Assembly (NCBI GenBank): GCA_002269645.1
Contig: NIVC01003972.1
Span: forward strand, 3,047 to 67,046
Reading direction: 5' to 3'
DNA: 64,000 bases
Source: Macrostomum lignano
Lineage: Eukaryota
Shown here in pieces: positions 58,043-64,000 of the stretch (position 1 is its first letter; each line of letters opens with the position of its first letter). The notes beneath the pieces were generated by a model. It worked only from the letters and a program-made list of their open reading frames with translations, did not search any database and was not told the DNA's origin. The position numbers and the translations under genes are program-made.

Positions 58043-59214
58043 AATGCTGTGCCGTTAGAGTTTGCTGGCAACTTGCTGAGATGACGTTGATAGAGCTGAA
58101 ACTGAGCCTCTGAGTTTGCTTAGTGCTGCAAGTCAGTTGAAAATACGAGTGAGCGGTTTAAAAAGGAGAGTCTTGGGGCATTTATTGTCTATGGTCCACA
58201 TGGGAGCTTTATGATAGTAACACTAGTATGGCAAACAAATTGATACCACAATGTATGATTATCGAGAGGTCACGCTTCACACACAACTGCCATAGCGTCG
58301 AAGCGGGTAGGCCGAGACGCGGTAAGGCAGTTGTGTGTGAAGCGTTACCTCTCGATAGTGGAATTGTGTCTATTTTCGTCCAAAAACCAATTCAAAACGG
58401 CTATGACACAACTTCCCAGACGGGAATTGTTCCTAAGCGATTCTAGGGATTTGTGTCATAGGCATTTTCCACTTGGCGCAAGCCAAATGATGGCCATAGA
58501 CTAAACGTCTGGAACGAAAAATTAAGCGGAACAGTCTGAAATTACCATAGACGAAACATTTTAAATGAAGTTGTGGTCTTATAAGCTGGAACTCTGCAGC
58601 AGAGGATACATGTTCCTGTTTCCTCTCTTTGCCCTAACCTCTATTCATGCCACTTTTTGAATTTGCCGATTGAAAAGCATTGACGGCTTGAATGGAAATG
58701 AGGTCAACTTTCTCAGCGACTTGAGTATGGGTGGACGTGACGAGGTGGATGACGAAGAGTTGATGGAGTTCATCCGATTCATTGAATGCGGTAACTATGA
58801 TGCTTGCCCCGAGGATCCCATGCGGAACAAACGATGCAATTCGGCCGATTTGAGAGTAACGTCTAAAGACATTTTTATATAAATAAGACATTTCTTATTA
58901 TTTTTCTTTTCGTACATGTATACAATCTGTTTATTCAGCTTTGTTGTATTGAATAAAAAATATCCTCGCAAACGCATTGATACAGGAATATACAGATTGC
59001 TCATCTGCAAATGGGTATATCCAAATATAACCCGTTGGAATATCCAAAGATGGGGGCGGCTTGACCATAGACTATTCGCAGATAAGCAATCTGTTATATT
59101 CCTGTTTCGATGCCTGAAAGTCACAATCGCAAAAAACCCTCATACAGGAAACTCAAAACGAAAAGCTTGCAATTCAAAAGTCCTTTGCTGTCATTGCAAT
59201 CAGTGAGTCACCAC

Positions 59215-60660
59215 ATCCCCGTACCACTGCGGCGGACGCCCGATTCCTCACTCGCTCGAGTCGCCGTCGGTGCTCCTTGATGCGGCGACAGCTCTTCAGC
59301 CGCCTCCGCCGCCGCTCCTGCCGCAGCCGCGGGTGTCGGAGCCGTCGTGGAGGCCGGCGCGGGCCACTGCGGCAGTGCTCCTGCCGCCCGCTGCACCCGC
59401 AGTCGACGTGCCAACGAGAGCCGTCACTGAGGATCACTGTGGTGGCGCTCGCAATACTCGAGATCTCCAGCGGCTCGGACAGCCGGCTGCTCAGCTTGCC
59501 ACGCGCGAACGGCCGCCTCACGCGCACCCAGTCGCCGACCTTGAACGCCGGCGGTGGCCTCCTGGCCGAGTTGAGCTTGCTGAAGACTCACTGCTGCTTC
59601 TGCCTGATGCTGCCAGCCAGATTGTGCCGCGATGGCGTCCTTGGCTGCAGTGCAGTCAGCGGAGTTCTGATTTTCCGGCTCGTCATCAGCTCCGCGGGTG
59701 ACACCCCGTCAGGGCGTGCGGGGAGGCCCGGTATGACCACAGCAGCGCCCTCACCGCGTCCTTGAAGCCGTAGCCGTCCTGCAGGTGCGTCTTCAGGCCG
59801 TCTTTCAGAAACCGGTTGAAGCGCTCGACTGCAGCGGGTGGTAGTGCGGCGACTGGCGGTGCTGGATGCTGCAGCGCTGGAGGAAGTCCTTGAAGTCACT
59901 GGACATGAACTGCGGCCCGCCGTCCGTGTTGATGCTCTTTGAAAGTCCCAATTGGCTGAACCACGTCGTTAGGGCGTAGATCACGTCGCTGTGGTCACTG
60001 TGGACATGCAGACTGCTCCTGGCCACTTCGAATGCAGGTCGTACAGCACCAGAATGAAGCGACATGAGTTCGGCGCCGAATGCAGCTCGCCCAAGCTATC
60101 GAGCTGAAGCTCCTTCCAAGGTCGCGTCGCTCTGCTCACTCCGAGGTGCCCAAAGTGCTGCACTGGCTCTGCCGCTGACGGGGTTCACGTCTTCGTAAGA
60201 GTCGTGACGCAAAATATCTCTTTTTTTCTGGGCTTTTCAGCCCGGCAGAGCTCCCGCTCGTCCACTAAAAGAGTAAATCTTCTTCAGGGGCAGTGGACGG
60301 GTGGTGTCACATTCAAAGCTGAAGAGTTGAGAGATTGGGACGTATTCGGATAGCAAAGCATCCAGCTATCCGACAGTTCGAGCATTGCCGTGAAACCGTC
60401 TCTACCCGGCTTGGATTTGCCGGCAGGTCCGAACTGGTAGCCAGCAGCAGGCGGTGCAGCTCGTCGGCGTTGGTGATGGCGCTGCAAGTTGGGATCCAGG
60501 CACTGTGCCGGTGTGTCCGTGTTCGCTCGTCCTCCCCGTAGATGAACTCCAGTCGAAGGTTTTCAGCATCTCCCAGCTACTGCCCAGACTTGCTGTCGGC
60601 TCGTTTGATGTGGAGTGCCTGATCCTCGACGCTCGTCTTCAGGAGTTGGAGCACGGTACC
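59215..60660 (-). pseudogene. Decayed Ty3/gypsy pol 3' end (integrase)
   Basis: PWKELQLDSLG..RFILVLYDLHSKWP, INTDGGPQFMSSDFKDFL..IQHRQSPHYHP, VERFNRFLK, TPAELM; frameshifted. Confidence 0.8.
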
Positions 60661-61377
60661 GCCGAAAAATTGTAGGCTATATAATAAATTATGAAAAATA
60701 CCCAAGTAAATGACTCGATTCCAGATGGCTACTTTAAATAGTTAATTTCGTGTTAGAGCTTTTATAATATTTCTTTTATAACTGGCATACATTAGTAGAA
60801 AAATAGAACAAACAAGCTGAAAAGGGATGCATTCAAAACTGTTATTTTAATTTTATCGATGATTTGTTATAGTAGCCTAGAAAACGAGCTTGCCATGCAA
60901 AGCATGTCTAAGATATAAGCTCATGTGAGACCATAGTCACTTAGAGAGTCTGGATAAAAATGTAGAAAAACTGAGCTGAAAAAATTACAGAAAACTGGGA
61001 GTAGAATTGTGCAGAGGAGATTTTTAGGTGAATTCACACGGATTACAGACGTTTCTCCCGAAACTTTTTCGCCCTAGAATCATTCCTCCAAAGGTGGAGT
61101 CAACCTGGAGGGTTGAAAATGGCACCCGAAATGACCTTAATATCTCTCTTTCTTTATCATCTCAATGTGGTACGCAGTGCAAAATTATTTGTTTTACTGC
61201 CAGCGTACACCAGAGAGTGACTCGGGCTGCAAAGTCTTCGGGTTGAAATGTCCCGTACGAAGTACAAAAAAAAATAAAATAAACTTCTGAATATGAACTT
61301 TCCGCTCATGTAAGAGTGCTTTCATTTTCATAGAGTATTAGCTCGTAAAATAAGCCATTCGAGTCGCCCAGCACAGC

Positions 61378-61977
61378 CTAGTACCTCTGCTGCTCAGCGG
61401 CAGGCAGCGGCGGCATCTGCGAGTCGGCGGTTGTCGGGTACGGCGCCTGCTGCCCGTTCTGGTAGCCGTAGTTCGCGTTGCCTTGGTAATCAGCGGCCCC
61501 GTTCGAGTAGCCCATGGCCGGCCCGGAGCCCTCGTAGGGCGGCGGTGGCGACACGCCGGGATAGCCGTCCTGCTTGGGGTTGTCGGACGGCTGGCCGCCG
61601 GCGGGCGCGGCCGGATATCCGCCTGGCGGCGACACCGTAGAGATGGCGGCCGGCCCGCCGACTGTCATGGGCACCGGGGGCGGCGCCCTAACCACACCGC
61701 CGCTGGCCGCGCGGCGCCGCTTGCGCAGGCAGCACAGGAAGACGATGAGGCCGACCACCAGGCCGATGAAGGTGAGCGCGCCGACCACGGCGCCGATGAT
61801 GCCGCCAACGGAGATGACAGTGCCAGTATAGTAGTAACCGATGTAGATTCTGCTGCTGTAGGTGTAGCGGTAGGAGCGGTAGTAGTAGTAGTAGTAGTAG
61901 ACGGCCTGCGCTTGCCTGCAGGCAAACAGAAGCAGCAGCAGGAGAGCCTGTCTGCCGATTGCTGCAACAGATTGCAT
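61378..61977 (-). CDS. CYYR1/Shisa-like single-pass protein with Tyr-rich ectodomain and PPPY motif, 199 aa
   Basis: SP ending AQA; VYYYYYYYRSYRYTY; TM ISVGGIIGAVVGALTFIGLVVGLIVFLCCL; RKRRR stop-transfer; PPPPYE. Confidence 0.8.
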   Translation of the reverse strand: MQSVAAIGRQALLLLLLFACRQAQAVYYYYYYYRSYRYTYSSRIYIGYYYTGTVISVGGIIGAVVGALTFIGLVVGLIVFLCCLRKRRRAASGGVVRAPPPVPMTVGGPAAISTVSPPGGYPAAPAGGQPSDNPKQDGYPGVSPPPPYEGSGPAMGYSNGAADYQGNANYGYQNGQQAPYPTTADSQMPPLPAAEQQRY

Positions 61978-62699
61978 CCTGAAGACTCAAAGAGAGCTGT
62001 GCTTAAATTTTTGAAATAAAAAAGTGAAGCATTTCTGTTGAGAAAGAAATATATATTGAGCTTTTGAGGGGCGAAGGCTCAACCTGCGTTTCCTTTCCCC
62101 GTTTCCATTGGCCTCCGCTCTGTTTGAGCTGGTCGGAGACGAACAATAATTGCTCCTGCGTACGCCTTGAGTGCCAGCGCAAGGAATTATGGGCGGCGAG
62201 GTTGGGCGCTGGACAACAATCGCTTGACAATGCCTGCCTCAAGAGTAAATGCAAAGAAAGAGCAGAGCAGTTTAATGCCCTGCTTCTGAAAATGCCCTTC
62301 GGTCCGCACAGCCGTGTGGTCACTGGGGGGCGAGGCTCAAGTTAGCCGTCCTCAGTCGGGGCAGAGCTGCGCTTCGAACGTGCTCAGGGTGAAGTTCATT
62401 GTGCGACTGCGCAGGGAAAGAGTGAGAGAAGCTCGGGCAGACAGAATTGAAGAACAGAGCGAGAATAATGCTTGTGGTTTACTATTGAGCCGCATACTGT
62501 AGTATCCCGCTTCAATGTGAGCCACCGTCTTGTTGTTTTGTTAAAATGGGTCAGGCTTATATTTAAAGTGAGGCGTATTTTGAATATAGCATGTTTAATG
62601 ACATGCGCTACAAAATGAGCCAACAGAAATCAGATGCAAAGACCAGCGTCGAGTCCGTTCAGCGGTCACTGAAACAGCCTTGACTGCTTGACTCCCTGA

Positions 62700-63700
62700 C
62701 TCCTTGATAGCTTGATAGCTTGATAGCTTGATAGCTTGATAGCTTGATAGCTTGATAGCTTGATAGCTTGATAGCTTGATAGCTTGATAGCTTGATAGCT
62801 TGATAGCTTGATAGCTTGATAGCTTGATAGCTTGATAGCTTGATAGCTTGATAGCTTGATAGCTTGATAGCTTGATAGCTTGATAGCTTGATAGCTTGAT
62901 AGCTTGATAGCTTGATAGCTTGATAGCTTGATAGCTTGATAGCTTGATAGCTTGATAGCTTGATAGCTTGATAGCTTGATAGCTTGATAGCTTGATAGCT
63001 TGATAGCTTGATAGCTTGATAGCTTGATAGCTTGATAGCTTGATAGCTTGATAGCTTGATAGCTTGATAGCTTGATAGCTTGATAGCTTGATAGCTTGAT
63101 AGCTTGATAGCTTGATAGCTTGATAGCTTGATAGCTTGATAGCTTGATAGCTTGATAGCTTGATAGCTTGATAGCTTGATAGCTTGATAGCTTGATAGCT
63201 TGATAGCTTGATAGCTTGATAGCTTGATAGCTTGATAAGCTTGATAGCTTGATAACTTGATAGCTTGATAGCTTGATAGCTTGATAGCTTGATAGCTTGA
63301 TAGCTTGATAGCTTGATAGCTTGATAGCTTGATAGCTTGATAGCTTGATAGCTTGATAGCTTGATAGCTTGATAGCTTGATAGCTTGATAGCTTGATAGC
63401 TTGATAGCTTGATAGCTTGATAGCTTGATAGCTTGATAGCTTGATAGCTTGATAGCTTGATAGCTTGATAGCTTGATAGCTTGATAGCTTGATAGCTTGA
63501 TAGCTTGATAGCTTGATAGCTTGATAGCTTGATAGCTTGATAGCTTGATAGCTTGATAGCTTGATAGCTTGATAGCTTGATAGCTTGATAGCTTGATAGC
63601 TTGATAGCTTGATAGCTTGATAGCTTGATAGCTTGATAGCTTGATAGCTTGATAGCTTGATAGCTTGATAACTTGATAGCTTGATAGCTTGATAGCTTGA
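62700..63700. repeat. (TTGATAGC)n 8-bp satellite, roughly 125 copies
   Basis: Near-perfect 1-kb tract with few variants (~63237, 63254, 63671). Confidence 0.98.
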
Positions 63701-64000
63701 AAGCTGGATCAAAAAAGCTTGAAGCGCCAGCAAAACTCAGCGCGCCCCCAATGTCACGCGTGCGATTCGGCCCAACCAAATAATATTTATTTGCTTTCAT
63801 TTGAAAAACAACCCAACTAGAATCGAGAGATAGGTTTCATCGGTCAAGACGCGAACTTTCATGCAGTAATGACAAACTATGAAGATGTCGTAGACAGCCA
63901 AATGACTACTACTAGCAGTAGTACGAGCTAAAAGTTTTTTAAAATTTTTAAAACTTTAAAAGTAAAAAAAAGTTTTCTCGACCAACCAATTCAGTTAGCG

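Noticed and set aside
58670-58882. Acidic 70-aa ORF
   Set aside because: No recognisable motif, start or splice context; possibly TE debris.
62595-63800. 401-aa and 355-aa IKLSSYQA repeat ORFs
   Set aside because: Translation of an 8-bp satellite.
1-64000. rRNA or tRNA genes
   Set aside because: No recognisable conserved rRNA segments or tRNA cloverleaf were seen; a tRNAscan/Infernal run would be needed to exclude them.

Overview
Eukaryotic, intron-containing animal DNA. GC/Ala-rich exons and minisatellite-filled introns suggest a flatworm such as Macrostomum, but this is inference only. Bases 1 to ~9 kb are the right part of a Polinton/Maverick (adintovirus-like) element: a membrane protein, an adenain-type protease, a protein-primed PolB broken by five short frameshifts, an adenovirus pX-like protein, a DDE integrase, a parvovirus-type PLA2 with one stop, and a 140-bp palindromic array. 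Host genes rebuilt by hand with phase-consistent GT-AG junctions are a partial WSC+PAN gene, a 2-exon divergent 7TM receptor, a 13-exon BLTP3/UHRF1BP1-family gene (17570-41250, minus), a head-to-head 5-exon DnaJ gene, a 2-exon LITAF-domain gene, and three signal peptide-TM-proline-rich proteins, two of which carry PPxY motifs. Other mobile DNA: a full-length LOA/R1-like LINE with RNase H inserted in an intronic minisatellite, a truncated Ty3/gypsy, a Crypton-like tyrosine recombinase remnant, a Tc1/IS630 remnant, a TA-flanked MITE and a gypsy integrase remnant. About 25 tandem arrays are present. The most notable observations are CpG-free 5' gene domains flanking a CpG-retaining bidirectional promoter, a cluster of possible NEDD4/ESCRT adaptor genes, the Polinton entry-protein set, and the minisatellite-targeted LINE. 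All exon models, counts and array limits come from manual reading and are approximate where stated.
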